A stretch of 64,000 nt of DNA from Clostridia bacterium (lineage in GTDB: Bacteria > Bacillota > Clostridia > Christensenellales > Aristaeellaceae), in the NCBI GenBank assembly GCA_017547285.1, contig JAFYQB010000033.1, positions 1,678 through 65,677 on the forward strand, written 5' to 3'. The position numbers and the translations under genes were made by a program. The notes under the pieces were generated by a model, which worked only from the letters and a program-made list of their open reading frames with translations, did no database searches and was not told the origin of the DNA. Position 1 is the first letter of the stretch; the number at the start of each line of letters is the position of its first letter. Shown in pieces: positions 1 through 9,442 of this stretch.

Positions 1-508
1 CGTGGTTGTCGCGCATATTGGTCCAGGCAGCGTCCATGCCGTTGATGATGTAGTAGGTATCCAGATAGCCATCGTCCATCTGCGCAGCACACACGATGTC
101 GATTGCGCCGTCTGCAATCTTTTCCAGTTCCGGATCCGGATGCTGGGAAAGGGAATAACCTACCGCCTCGATCCACTTGGAAAAGTCGCTGTCCTGAAAC
201 AGGAAGCCGTAAAAACGGCCTTCTTCAGGATTGGACGGATCCTCCGGCAGGGCTTCAAAGCCGCGCCATACATATTTGGGCGGCACAAAAGCTTCGCCTT
301 TTTCCTTCTTTTCTGCCTGCAGTGCAGCAGCCGTGCGGAAATTGCGCATGCACCAGCTGGGCGCGGCGTCCGGCACACGGTCGTTGAGGGTTTCCCACTG
401 GTAGGGAATCACCTCTTTGCGCACCAGTTCCATGTTGCGCTTCCAGAAACCATCGCTGATGGTTACATTTTCAAAAGCAAGGGGCTTGCTGAAAAAACGG
501 TTATCCAT
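1..508 (-). CDS. glycoside hydrolase family 127 (DUF1680, beta-L-arabinofuranosidase-like), N-terminal part; the gene runs off the left edge
   Basis: Not in the ORF track because it is truncated by the window edge. Reverse-strand ATG at 506-508 is preceded by GGAGG. My translation is MDNRFFSKPLAFENVTISDGFWKRN...FQDSDFSKWIEAVGYSL...DDGYLDTYY...NMRDNH. This fits the N-terminal pattern of DUF1680/GH127 proteins as I remember it. Confidence 0.75.
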   Translation of the reverse strand, partial: MDNRFFSKPLAFENVTISDGFWKRNMELVRKEVIPYQWETLNDRVPDAAPSWCMRNFRTAAALQAEKKEKGEAFVPPKYVWRGFEALPEDPSNPEEGRFYGFLFQDSDFSKWIEAVGYSLSQHPDPELEKIADGAIDIVCAAQMDDGYLDTYYIINGMDAAWTNMRDNH

Positions 509-526
509 TTGGTAAGCCTCCATTTG

Positions 527-2044
527 TTATTTTGCGGCAGGACGTTCCTTTGCCTTGTCGGCTTCAGCGGCGTTCTTGCGGGCTGCTTCCTTGTCGGCGG
601 CCATCTCCTCCACCGTCTTGGTGTGCAGGCGGGCCGCGCCTTCGGTGATAATGGGCGGAATGAGCGTGCCGTTCTTTTCCGCCTCCGCCCAGCGCTGCTT
701 GGCCCTGGCAATTTCATCGGCATACTGGGGCAGCCACTCTTCCTGCGCAATGAGCATTTCATCCACCATCTGCCAGATCTCGTTGGTGTTGCAAACAGCA
801 CCCACCAGCGGGTCCATCATCATGGCCTGACGCAGCAGGTTGATATCCGCATGTGCGCCGGCTTCCATGGCCAGGCGCTGCACGGTAATGTTGCTTTGGC
901 AGCAGGCTGCGCAGCCCAGCGGCAGATCGCCCAGAACAGGAATGTTGATGCCGTGGGTATCCACAAAGCCGGGCACCTCCACCACGCAGTCGCTGGGCAG
1001 GTTGGTGATGCAGCCGTTGTTGACCACATTGAAATGCCCGCGGTAGGCGCGTCCGGTTTCGATGGATTCAATGATCCAGCTGCCGTGCTCCTGACTGCGG
1101 TCACTGGGATCAAATACCTTGGGCGGCTCCTTGAGCCAGTTGGGGAAGTCGGTTTCAAACCAGTTGCGGCCCTCGGTGCACACACGCAGATAGCCGCCGG
1201 TTTCGCCGTTGATCCATACGCCCAGATCGATCCAGTCTTTGATTTCATCGGGACGCTTGCGGTACCACGGCACATACTCGCTCAGGTGGCCGTTGCTTTC
1301 GGTAGAGAAGTAGCCGAAACGCTTCATCATATCGATGCGCACTTTTTCGGTCTGTGCGATCTCGGGATCCGCCATCAGGGCATCCAGAAGTTTTCCATTC
1401 AGTTCCTCGCCGTCGTGCTTCACAGACAGGTACCACGTCATGTGGTTGATGCCTGCGCAGATGATATCGATCTCTTCCTGCTTGTAGCCAAGCGCTTTGG
1501 CGATGAGCTGGTGGCCGCCCTGCACGCCGTGGCACAGGCCCACTGTAGGCACGCCGCCGTATTTGTTGCAGTACCAGGTGACCATGGCGTTGGGGTTAGT
1601 GTAGTTGAGCAGCATGCAGCCGGGGGCAGCCACTTCGCGGATGTCCTTGCACATTTCACTGAGCATGGCAATATCGCGCTGGGCATACATGATGCCGCCT
1701 GCGCACAACGTGTCGCCCACGCACTGGTCCACGCCGTATTTGAGAGGAATATTGACATCCAACTCAAAGGCGTCCAAAAGACCGATGCGCGCGCAGTCGA
1801 TCACGTATTTGGCGTCCTTGAGCGCCTCGCGGCGGTCGAGCGTGGCATGGATTTGGATATCCAGACCGTTGGCTTCGATATCGCGCTGGCACAGCTGATA
1901 GACCATGTCCAGATTGCGCTGGTTGATATCCATGAACGCCACGTCAATGTTCTGCAGTTCCGGCACGGACAGAATGTCCTTGAGCAGGCCGCGGGTAAAG
2001 CCAATGGAACCGGCCCCGATAAAGGCGATCTTAAACTTTTTCAT
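527..2044 (-). CDS. GH4 family NAD+/Mn2+-dependent alpha-galactosidase/alpha-glucosidase (MelA/AglA-like)
   Basis: 505-aa ORF with N-terminal Rossmann fold MKKFKIAFIGAGSIGFT. CHGV and GINH blocks are typical of GH4. AAGGAG RBS upstream. About 60 aa of Lys/Ala/Glu-rich C-terminal tail is atypical. Confidence 0.85.
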   Translation of the reverse strand: MKKFKIAFIGAGSIGFTRGLLKDILSVPELQNIDVAFMDINQRNLDMVYQLCQRDIEANGLDIQIHATLDRREALKDAKYVIDCARIGLLDAFELDVNIPLKYGVDQCVGDTLCAGGIMYAQRDIAMLSEMCKDIREVAAPGCMLLNYTNPNAMVTWYCNKYGGVPTVGLCHGVQGGHQLIAKALGYKQEEIDIICAGINHMTWYLSVKHDGEELNGKLLDALMADPEIAQTEKVRIDMMKRFGYFSTESNGHLSEYVPWYRKRPDEIKDWIDLGVWINGETGGYLRVCTEGRNWFETDFPNWLKEPPKVFDPSDRSQEHGSWIIESIETGRAYRGHFNVVNNGCITNLPSDCVVEVPGFVDTHGINIPVLGDLPLGCAACCQSNITVQRLAMEAGAHADINLLRQAMMMDPLVGAVCNTNEIWQMVDEMLIAQEEWLPQYADEIARAKQRWAEAEKNGTLIPPIITEGAARLHTKTVEEMAADKEAARKNAAEADKAKERPAAK

Positions 2045-2071
2045 GCGTTTCTCCTTTGCGCTGTATTGCTG

Positions 2072-2953
2072 TTATGTTCTGCTTCCGGCTTTGATTTCCT
2101 CAAACGCTTCGCGCGAGGCTCCGTTGGAAACGTCCGCATCATAGGGAACAAGGGGAATGTTTTTCAGCACCGCGCCGCTCCCCCGCTTCATGGAATTGCC
2201 CATCAGCCCCGTATGATCCGTTCCGCCCGAACGGTACAGGCCCAGTTTTTGAGCAAGACGGTCCGCTTCTGCGGAATCTTCTTCCGTCAGATCAGGATGA
2301 TCGACTTCCACGCCGCCAAGCCCCATCGCCGCCAGATCCGGCAGATACTGGGTTTGAAGATGCGGATGGGCCAGCACCGCCACTCCGCCTGAGGCGCGGA
2401 TCACATCAATCGCTTCTTCTGCCGGAAGGGAGTTGGATACGCCTTTGACGGGCGCACCGTTGAAATGATTGACAAACGTCCAGTATTCGGTATCCGCCAG
2501 TCCCTGCTGCTCCTGAAGCAGTTTGAACACCTGCTCGTTGCAGTACCAGCCCACATCCGGAAAGCGTTCCTCCACATCCTGCCATGTAATACCGCGGATG
2601 CTGCCTTCTTTCAGACAATGTTCCAGCCGCCGTACGGACAACTCTGTGATGTTCTTTTCCGTCCATTCGGTATAGGCCCGCATGCGCGGATGATCGGGAT
2701 CAATGTTCAGGCCCACAATATGAAAACCGCCGTAACGAACGCCCAGACCGTGCGCGGTGATTTCAATGCCGCTCAGGCATTCCAGACCGTACAAAGCTGC
2801 GGCCTGACGCATTTTTTCCGTGCCGCGCGTTGTTTCGTGATCGGTGAGGGCGACTGCCTGATAGCCCTTCTGCGCCGCCAGCCGGCACAGCTCCTGCGGC
2901 GTATGAATGCCGTCCGAATAGATGGAATGAAGATGCAGATTGGCGTATTTCAT
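2072..2953 (-). CDS. PHP-domain metal-dependent phosphoesterase
   Basis: ORF 2072-2995 trimmed to ATG 2953, which has a GAAGGGA RBS. MKYANLHLHSIYSDG...ALTDHE...AHPH shows the His/Asp metal motifs of the PHP family. Confidence 0.7.
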   Translation of the reverse strand: MKYANLHLHSIYSDGIHTPQELCRLAAQKGYQAVALTDHETTRGTEKMRQAAALYGLECLSGIEITAHGLGVRYGGFHIVGLNIDPDHPRMRAYTEWTEKNITELSVRRLEHCLKEGSIRGITWQDVEERFPDVGWYCNEQVFKLLQEQQGLADTEYWTFVNHFNGAPVKGVSNSLPAEEAIDVIRASGGVAVLAHPHLQTQYLPDLAAMGLGGVEVDHPDLTEEDSAEADRLAQKLGLYRSGGTDHTGLMGNSMKRGSGAVLKNIPLVPYDADVSNGASREAFEEIKAGSRT

Positions 2954-2966
2954 GTCATCGTCCCTT

Positions 2967-3764
2967 CTATCCGCGTGCAATGGGCGCAAGATCATCTTCC
3001 GTCAACGCAAGCAAATCCGCTACGAAGCTGGCATTGCCATAGGCGTCGTGACTGCCGGCGGAATGCGAATCGCTGCCGAACAGGAACCTGCAGCCCTGTT
3101 CCTTGGCCAGCCGGAACAGGCGGATCTGGCTCATTTTTTCAATCTCATCATGCGTTTTTTTCTGCATGCTGGACACATTGATCTCAAAGGCAACGCCCTT
3201 TTCTGCCATTACATCCAGCACGAGCCTGAATTCATCATCCGTGATCAAATCGATCAGCAGGCCGTTAGGATACGGGCAGGCCACCGCCTCAAACGGGTGG
3301 GCAATGGCGGTAATGTACTTGCTGACCGGGCTGTTCAGGATCTCATAGAGCGCCTGCAGCATGAAATCCGCATGCTTGCGGTAGGGTTCATAGCAATCCT
3401 TTGGCATCATCATGTGCGTATGGGAGTTGGGCACCAGCAGAAAATCCAGCTGTTCGGCAACGGCTTCGGTAATCGCCACTCCATGGTGGAAAGGATCGTA
3501 TTCCGTTTCGCAGCCGAAGAAAAACTGAATATCATCGCAGCGCAGCTGTTCCAGTTCCGGCTTGAGCTGAAGAATATGCTCATAATCCTGCGGCTGATAG
3601 AACTTGTTAGCCCCTTCGATGGCCGAATCCCAGAAATGATCGCTGAAGCCCAGTTTTTTGAGTCCCAGCCGGCGGGCATTGGCCACATAATCCGCTGCGG
3701 TGACTTCTCTTTTGGCGCATACGGATAAATGGGTATGCAGATGGAAATCATGTTTTATACGCAT
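2967..3764 (-). CDS. PHP/HisJ-family phosphoesterase (histidinol-phosphatase-like)
   Basis: ORF 2967-3800 trimmed to ATG 3764, which has a GGAGGG RBS. MRIKHDFHLHTHLS...FSDHF...GSDSHS motifs are present. Confidence 0.7.
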   Translation of the reverse strand: MRIKHDFHLHTHLSVCAKREVTAADYVANARRLGLKKLGFSDHFWDSAIEGANKFYQPQDYEHILQLKPELEQLRCDDIQFFFGCETEYDPFHHGVAITEAVAEQLDFLLVPNSHTHMMMPKDCYEPYRKHADFMLQALYEILNSPVSKYITAIAHPFEAVACPYPNGLLIDLITDDEFRLVLDVMAEKGVAFEINVSSMQKKTHDEIEKMSQIRLFRLAKEQGCRFLFGSDSHSAGSHDAYGNASFVADLLALTEDDLAPIARG

Positions 3765-3832
3765 GGCCGTTTCTTCCCTCCTGCAGAAATGGCGGCGCAT
3801 CCAGCAGATGCGCCGCTCATGGTCAGCTTTTT

Positions 3833-5986
3833 TTACTTCTTTTCAAACACATAAACCTTCGTGGCAAAATCGCCGCCGTAAGAAGGCATGATCAGGCCCA
3901 GATTCATCAGCGCGGCGCCGCTGGCGGAAATGCCGTTCTCAGCATCCGTATAGACAGCTTCGGGATCCAGACCGGCCAGCTTTACGCGGTGAGGCTGGGG
4001 ATTGGGCTGCTGGTGATCCACATACACGCATACGATGACCGTATTTTCGCGGGTAAACTGCCATGCAGCGCGGCCCTCGTTTTCAAAGGGATTGAGCAGG
4101 CGGGTATACTCGCCCTGCTGCATAACGGTACGCAGTTTCTTAACCATTTCCACCGCCTTTTTGGCTGTGGCAAGGTCTTCTTCGGTCTGCTTGCTCAGGT
4201 CCAGCTCAAAGCCGAAGTTGCCGCCCATGGCCACATCGCAGCGCGTCTGGAAGGAAGCGATACGTCCGGTCTGATGGTTCGGCACTGCGCTCACGTGTGC
4301 ACCCATGGCGCTGCAGGGATAGATCAGCGACGTGCCGTACTGAATGCGGGTGCGTTCGCGGGCGTCGGTATCATCGCTGGTCCAGGTCTGGGGCATATAG
4401 TAGAGCATGCCGCAGTCGAAGCGTCCGCCGCCGCCGGAGCAGCTTTCAAACAGCACTTCGGGGAACGCGGAGGTAATCTCCTCCAGCACACGGTACAGGC
4501 CCAGCATGTAGCGGTGCTGGGTTTCCATGCGCTGCTGAGCGGGCAGCATGCAGCTGAAGCCTTCCGCCATGTTGCGGTTCATATCCCACTTGACATAGCT
4601 GATGGGCGCAGAACGCAGCACACCGGACACGATCTCAATGATATAATCCTGTACCTCTTTGCGGCTCATATCCAGAATCAGCTGGTTACGGCATTCGGTA
4701 CGGTCGCGGCCGTCCACATGCAGGCACCAGTCGGGATGCGCACGGTAGAGATCGCTGTCAGGAGAAACCATCTCCGGCTCGAACCACAGGCCGAACTGCA
4801 TGGCCAGCTCGTTAATGCTTTCAGCAATTCGCTTGATGCCGCCGTCAAGCTTGCCTTCATTCACCACCCAGTCGCCCAGCGAGCAGTTATCGCTGTCGCG
4901 CTTGCCAAACCAGCCGTCATCCAAAACGAACAGTTCGCAGCCGATCTCCGCGCCGCGCTTGGCGATGGCGATCAGTTTATCGTAGTTGAAGCCGAAATAG
5001 GTGGCTTCCCAGTTGTTGACCAGAATGGGACGGGGCAGATCACGCCACTTGCCGCGGCAGATGCGCTGACGGACGAACGGATGCATACGGTGGCTGAGGC
5101 CGTTCAGGCCGTCCGGCGCATACACAAACAGCGCCTCGGGGCTCTGGAACACCGCGCCGGGAGCCATGTCCCAGTTGAACACATCAGAGCACATACCGAT
5201 CATCATGGTGGGTTCGTTGTCGATGCCCACATCCACGCCCGCGCTGAAGCTGCCGCTGTACACATGAGTCATGGCATACACATCGCCCTGATCCTCGGTG
5301 GTATGGGGCTTCACGATGGCCATGAAGGGGTTGTTTTCATGACCGGACGCGCCGCGGCGGCTCTTGATGGCGTAAGTTCCCTCGCCCAAGGCGACACGGC
5401 GGGCCTGACGTTCGCGTGCCCATGCGCCCTTGAGATGGATGATCTCATACTTGTCGGCAGGCAGGCGCATGGCGGACTGCACGTCCGTCAGTTTGAAGGG
5501 CTTATCGCCCTCATTCTTCACCTGCATGCTGCGGGCCAGCACATCATAGGCGTGGAACACGGTAAAGCTGAGCGTAACGGCCACGCCGGTCAGCTCATCC
5601 TTCAGGTCGATTTCCAGCGTATCGGCTTCGGTCTCGTTTTCCACATAGGAGGCAGGCAGGCCGCACAGCGGCTTCTTGCCGGACAGAATGCGGTAGCCCT
5701 GATAACGCAGGCTCAGCACATCATCGCCCTCGGGGTTTACCACGCACAGCGCGCGCTGGCCAAAGTAACCTTTTTCCTGCGTGGGCACCACCAGCGGGTG
5801 GCGGCTGTGGGCCGTATCGAAAGAAGCAGCCTCGCCACGCAGCTCGAGCAGGCCTTCCACTGCGTCGCTGGGCAGACGGCCGCCCCAGTAATACTGCATA
5901 AGCACATCGTTTTTTACCCCCAGCAGATAGCTGTAGGTGGGACCCTGCAGGTGGAAGAGCATGTTGGATTCATTGTACTGGATCAT
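3833..5986 (-). CDS. GH36 alpha-galactosidase
   Basis: ORF trimmed to ATG 5986 (GAGGTG RBS 7 nt upstream). YVKWDMNRNM and ESCSGGGGRFD blocks are diagnostic of GH36 (AgaA/RafA-like). 717 aa. Confidence 0.9.
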   Translation of the reverse strand: MIQYNESNMLFHLQGPTYSYLLGVKNDVLMQYYWGGRLPSDAVEGLLELRGEAASFDTAHSRHPLVVPTQEKGYFGQRALCVVNPEGDDVLSLRYQGYRILSGKKPLCGLPASYVENETEADTLEIDLKDELTGVAVTLSFTVFHAYDVLARSMQVKNEGDKPFKLTDVQSAMRLPADKYEIIHLKGAWARERQARRVALGEGTYAIKSRRGASGHENNPFMAIVKPHTTEDQGDVYAMTHVYSGSFSAGVDVGIDNEPTMMIGMCSDVFNWDMAPGAVFQSPEALFVYAPDGLNGLSHRMHPFVRQRICRGKWRDLPRPILVNNWEATYFGFNYDKLIAIAKRGAEIGCELFVLDDGWFGKRDSDNCSLGDWVVNEGKLDGGIKRIAESINELAMQFGLWFEPEMVSPDSDLYRAHPDWCLHVDGRDRTECRNQLILDMSRKEVQDYIIEIVSGVLRSAPISYVKWDMNRNMAEGFSCMLPAQQRMETQHRYMLGLYRVLEEITSAFPEVLFESCSGGGGRFDCGMLYYMPQTWTSDDTDARERTRIQYGTSLIYPCSAMGAHVSAVPNHQTGRIASFQTRCDVAMGGNFGFELDLSKQTEEDLATAKKAVEMVKKLRTVMQQGEYTRLLNPFENEGRAAWQFTRENTVIVCVYVDHQQPNPQPHRVKLAGLDPEAVYTDAENGISASGAALMNLGLIMPSYGGDFATKVYVFEKK

Positions 5987-6014
5987 GTTTGTACACCTCA
6001 TCTATAGAATAATT

Positions 6015-7277
6015 TTAGATATGATCAGAAAGAGCGGCATTTTCGCCGGATTTGTCTTTCGGCACCCATGCATCCTCAAAATGGATAATCACGCCTGTTT
6101 CAGAAAGCGCGTCCTGCAAGGGTTTGACCGGCAGTTCTGGCAGCGGCGCGCCGCTGTCAAGGCTCATGGCGGCGGCAATGCCCGCTGCCTGCCCGGTGAG
6201 AACAGCCGGCGGAATCACGCGCAGCACATCCCAGCCCCAGCCGGAGGCGCTCGCGCTGCGTCCGCAGGTAATCAGGTTATCAAACCCGTTTTTCACCAGC
6301 GTGCCATATGGTACTTCATAAAGAATATCACGCCGTTCAAAATCACAGATGGCGCCGATGGAGGTTTCAAAGTGGCGGTATTCATCCGCGCCATCCAGCG
6401 TTTCATCACCGTCGATACGGCGGGAGGTCCTGAATTGCGGCATGCCGGGCAGCATGTGCACATTGCGTTCCATGCGCGGCTTGTTTTTTTCCTTTTCAAG
6501 CATCAGCAGCTGGTTTTCCTGCAGATACTCGTTCACCACCTCCAGGCTTACGCCCTTGTAAGTGGGCTTGTCCTTGGGGTGCTGATGACCGTACAGGTTT
6601 GAAGGGCCGCCGGAAGGATGTTGATAGGCATGCCACAGGTTGCCTGTTTCCAGCGCGCGGCGGCAGCCCTCCAGCGAGATCCCCTCGCCGTAATAAGTAA
6701 AGTAGTTTTCTCCATCCACAGTGGGCACGCCGGCCATCTTCAGCACATCAGCATCGCCGGTGGCGTCCACCACCACGCCCGCTTCATAGAACTGCCTGCC
6801 GGATTTGCCGTCGATAAACACGCCGCTGCAATGTCCGTTTTCCATCTGAACACCGGTGATGAGCGCGTCATACAGAATGGTCACGCCGCTTTGTTTAAGC
6901 AGTTCCAACAGCTGCAGCGCAAACAGGCCGGAGGAAAAATGGCTCACGCAGCGCTCCTGCGTGGGATTTTCCGGTTCGCCTTCTTTCCAGCTTTCGGGAA
7001 AGGTATCGAAACCGTATTTCACGGACAGGCGCAAAAATTCTTCCGCCATGCCTTTAATGATCATTTTTCCGCGTCCGTTGCAAAGCGGCACCCAGAAATT
7101 GACCAGGCCGCTGGTAGCCAGGCCGCCCAGCCAGCATTGTTTTTCCACAAGCAGCACCTTTTTCCCCCTGCGCCCGGCTGCCAGCGCAGCTGCCGCGCCG
7201 CTCAAACCGCCGCCTGCCACAATCACATGGTAACTGCCCGTTACAGGAACCTCCTGTATGTGACGGATCGTTTTCAT
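6015..7277 (-). CDS. FAD-dependent oxidoreductase (PF12831-like), substrate unknown
   Basis: 420 aa. Dinucleotide-binding fold VIVAGGGLSGAAAALAAGRRGKKVLLVEK is near the N-terminus. It is the first gene of the minus-strand glycoside operon. Confidence 0.75.
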   Translation of the reverse strand: MKTIRHIQEVPVTGSYHVIVAGGGLSGAAAALAAGRRGKKVLLVEKQCWLGGLATSGLVNFWVPLCNGRGKMIIKGMAEEFLRLSVKYGFDTFPESWKEGEPENPTQERCVSHFSSGLFALQLLELLKQSGVTILYDALITGVQMENGHCSGVFIDGKSGRQFYEAGVVVDATGDADVLKMAGVPTVDGENYFTYYGEGISLEGCRRALETGNLWHAYQHPSGGPSNLYGHQHPKDKPTYKGVSLEVVNEYLQENQLLMLEKEKNKPRMERNVHMLPGMPQFRTSRRIDGDETLDGADEYRHFETSIGAICDFERRDILYEVPYGTLVKNGFDNLITCGRSASASGWGWDVLRVIPPAVLTGQAAGIAAAMSLDSGAPLPELPVKPLQDALSETGVIIHFEDAWVPKDKSGENAALSDHI

Positions 7278-7385
7278 CTGTCTCGTCCTTTCTGCACTTA
7301 TCCACAGAAAACCTTATTCTAACATTTCGATGCGCTTTCCGCTTTTCCTTCCAGCCTGATGATTCTAAGCTACATTAAAAGTGTC

Positions 7386-7414
7386 TTGCAACCGCCGGTC
7401 TTTTGTGTCATAAT
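7386..7414 (+). promoter_or_regulatory. candidate sigma-70 promoter for the nahK-HAD-GH3 genes
   Basis: TTGCAA (7386-7391), 17-nt spacer, CATAAT (7409-7414) with TGT immediately upstream (extended -10). It lies about 35 nt upstream of the start codon. Confidence 0.45.
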
Positions 7415-7449
7415 TTTAATAGCTTGTCTATGCAAAAGGAGAAATGCAT

Positions 7450-8514
7450 ATGGAACATATCTACCGCCAATTTCAGCTGGACGGTCTGCCGGTCAGCTGT
7501 ACCCGATACGGCAGCGGCCACATCAACCAGACCTACCTGCTGGTTACCAGCCGTCCGCACCTGTATGTGCTGCAGGGGCTGAACACCAGTGTTTTCAAAA
7601 ACATCCCCGGCCTGATGAACAATCTGATCGCCGTTACGGATCATCTGCGCAAAAACACGGATGATCCCCGCCGTGCGCTGCAGCTGGTGCCCACATTGAG
7701 CGGCCAGCCCTATCTGGCCTGCGAAAACGGCGAATACTGGCGTTTGTACGAATTTGTGCTGGACAGCCTTTGCCTGAACAGGGCTGAAACGGTGGAAGAT
7801 CTGTACCAGAGCGGCGTGGCGTTTGGCCAGTTCCAGAATCAGCTGGCGGATTTCCCGGCCGAAACCCTGACGGAAACCATTCCGCATTTTCACGATACGC
7901 CCGACCGCTACCGCCTGTTCCGGGAAGCCATCGCTGCAGACAAAGCGGGGCGCCTCAAGGACGTGCAGGCCGAGGTGGACGCTTACCTTGCCTACGAAAA
8001 AGAAGCGGACGCGCTGATGAGCCTGTGCCGCTCGGGCGAGCTGCCCCTGCGGGTCACGCACAACGACACCAAGCTGAACAACGTGATGCTGGACGCCGCT
8101 ACCCGCACGCCGCTGTGCGTGATTGATCTGGATACGGTCATGCCCGGCCTTGCCGCCAACGATTTTGGCGATTCCATCCGTTTTGGCGCGTCAACCGCCG
8201 CCGAGGATGAAGAGGATCTGAGCAAAGTGGAAATGTCGCTGGAGCTGTTTGAAGCATTTGCCAGCGGTTTCCTTTCCGCATGCGGCAGCCGCCTGACGGC
8301 CAGAGAGATCGAAACCCTTCCCTGGGGCGCCAAGCTTATGACGCTGGAATGCGGCGTGCGTTTCCTGACCGACCATCTGAACGGCGACGTTTATTTTCAC
8401 ATCAGCCGTCCCGGCCTCAACCTGGTGCGCTGCCGGACGCAGCTCAAACTGGTTCAGGACATGGACAAAAAATGGGATGAAATGAACGCCGTCATCCGAA
8501 AACTCACGAAATAA
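7450..8514 (+). CDS. nahK: N-acetylhexosamine 1-kinase (NahK/LnpB-like anomeric sugar kinase, APH fold)
   Basis: ORF 7444-8514. ATG 7450 has better spacing to the AGGAG RBS (8 nt) than ATG 7444. Blocks GSGHINQTYL, LTETIPHFHDTPDRY, RVTHNDTKLNNVMLD, IDLDTVMPG, FGDSIRFGASTA and QLKLVQDM match my memory of Bifidobacterium longum NahK. Confidence 0.8.
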   Translation: MEHIYRQFQLDGLPVSCTRYGSGHINQTYLLVTSRPHLYVLQGLNTSVFKNIPGLMNNLIAVTDHLRKNTDDPRRALQLVPTLSGQPYLACENGEYWRLYEFVLDSLCLNRAETVEDLYQSGVAFGQFQNQLADFPAETLTETIPHFHDTPDRYRLFREAIAADKAGRLKDVQAEVDAYLAYEKEADALMSLCRSGELPLRVTHNDTKLNNVMLDAATRTPLCVIDLDTVMPGLAANDFGDSIRFGASTAAEDEEDLSKVEMSLELFEAFASGFLSACGSRLTAREIETLPWGAKLMTLECGVRFLTDHLNGDVYFHISRPGLNLVRCRTQLKLVQDMDKKWDEMNAVIRKLTK

Positions 8515-8539
8515 AAACGTTTTCCCAAGGAGCATTAAC

Positions 8540-9385
8540 ATGGCAAACGATCTGGACATCTTTGTTCCAAAACACGACTTTCTGATCTGTGTGGACAGCG
8601 ACGGCTGCGCTATGGATACCATGGACGTGAAGCACTACCGCTGCTTCGGCCCCTGCATGGTGGACGAATGGGGACTGGAAGAATGGCGCGAGCCCATTCT
8701 CAGGCGCTGGAACGATGTAAACCTTTACACCATGACACGCGGCGTCAACCGTTTCAAGGCGCTTGCCATCTGCCTTGACGAGATCAGCAGGCAGTATACG
8801 CCCATTGACGACATCGATTCCCTGACCCTTTGGGTGGAAACCAGTCCTGAATTGTCCAACGGCGCGCTGAAACAGGCCATTGCCGCCGCGCCCTCCCCTT
8901 GTCTGGAAAAGGCGCTGAGCTGGTCCATCGCCGTCAACGCCTCCATCACCGCCCTGCCGGATGAAGCCAAGCTGCCCTTCCCCATGGCAAAGGAAGCGCT
9001 TGCCTTTGCCCATGAACGTGCGGACGTAGCCATCGTATCCAGCGCCAATCTGGATGCAGTGCTGGCCGAGTGGCAGGAGCACGGTCTGCTTCAGCACACC
9101 GACATCGTGCTTTCCCAGAACGCAGGCAGCAAGGCCTTCTGCATCGGCGAGCTGCTCAAAAAGGGCTATGCGCCGGATCATGTGCTGATGTGCGGCGACG
9201 CGCCCGGCGACCGCGATGCAGCGCAGAAAAACGGCGTGTTCTTCTACCCCATTCTGGTGCGCGGCGAGAAAGCCAGTTGGGAGGAGTTCATCGCTGAAGG
9301 CTTTGAACGGCTGTTGTCCGGCAGCTATGCAGGCGGATATCAGGCCAAAAAGATTTCTCAGTTTTTGAAAAATCTGGGAGCATAA
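8540..9385 (+). CDS. HAD-superfamily hydrolase (probable sugar-phosphate phosphatase)
   Basis: 281 aa. Motif I CVDSDGCAMDT and late MCGDAPGDRDAA (motif IV-like). AAGGAG RBS. Confidence 0.7.
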   Translation: MANDLDIFVPKHDFLICVDSDGCAMDTMDVKHYRCFGPCMVDEWGLEEWREPILRRWNDVNLYTMTRGVNRFKALAICLDEISRQYTPIDDIDSLTLWVETSPELSNGALKQAIAAAPSPCLEKALSWSIAVNASITALPDEAKLPFPMAKEALAFAHERADVAIVSSANLDAVLAEWQEHGLLQHTDIVLSQNAGSKAFCIGELLKKGYAPDHVLMCGDAPGDRDAAQKNGVFFYPILVRGEKASWEEFIAEGFERLLSGSYAGGYQAKKISQFLKNLGA

Positions 9386-9442
9386 ATCGTCTTCCGGATT
9401 CCTGATCAGCCAAAACGATTTTCACAAAGGGAGTGTATTCTC

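Noticed and set aside
2-2392. Other very long shadow ORFs: 2-2392(+), 3989-6007(+), 9422-10678(-), 15280-17067(-), 23105-25168(+), 25587-26936(+), 30832-32409(-), 33006-35216(-), 49152-50945(+), 51140-53086(+), 53899-55374(+), 58931-60097(+) and 61073-62611(-).
   Set aside because: Each is antisense to a gene with clear family motifs and an RBS. Their translations are repetitive and rich in Ala, Gly, His, Arg and Val. They lack RBSs and cross gene boundaries. This is the expected artefact of GC-rich third codon positions.
8504-9181. A 225-aa minus-strand ORF overlapping the HAD hydrolase gene, and similar 60-150-aa ORFs nested in most genes.
   Set aside because: They are antisense or out-of-frame within better-supported genes. 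They have no RBS, skewed composition and no motifs.
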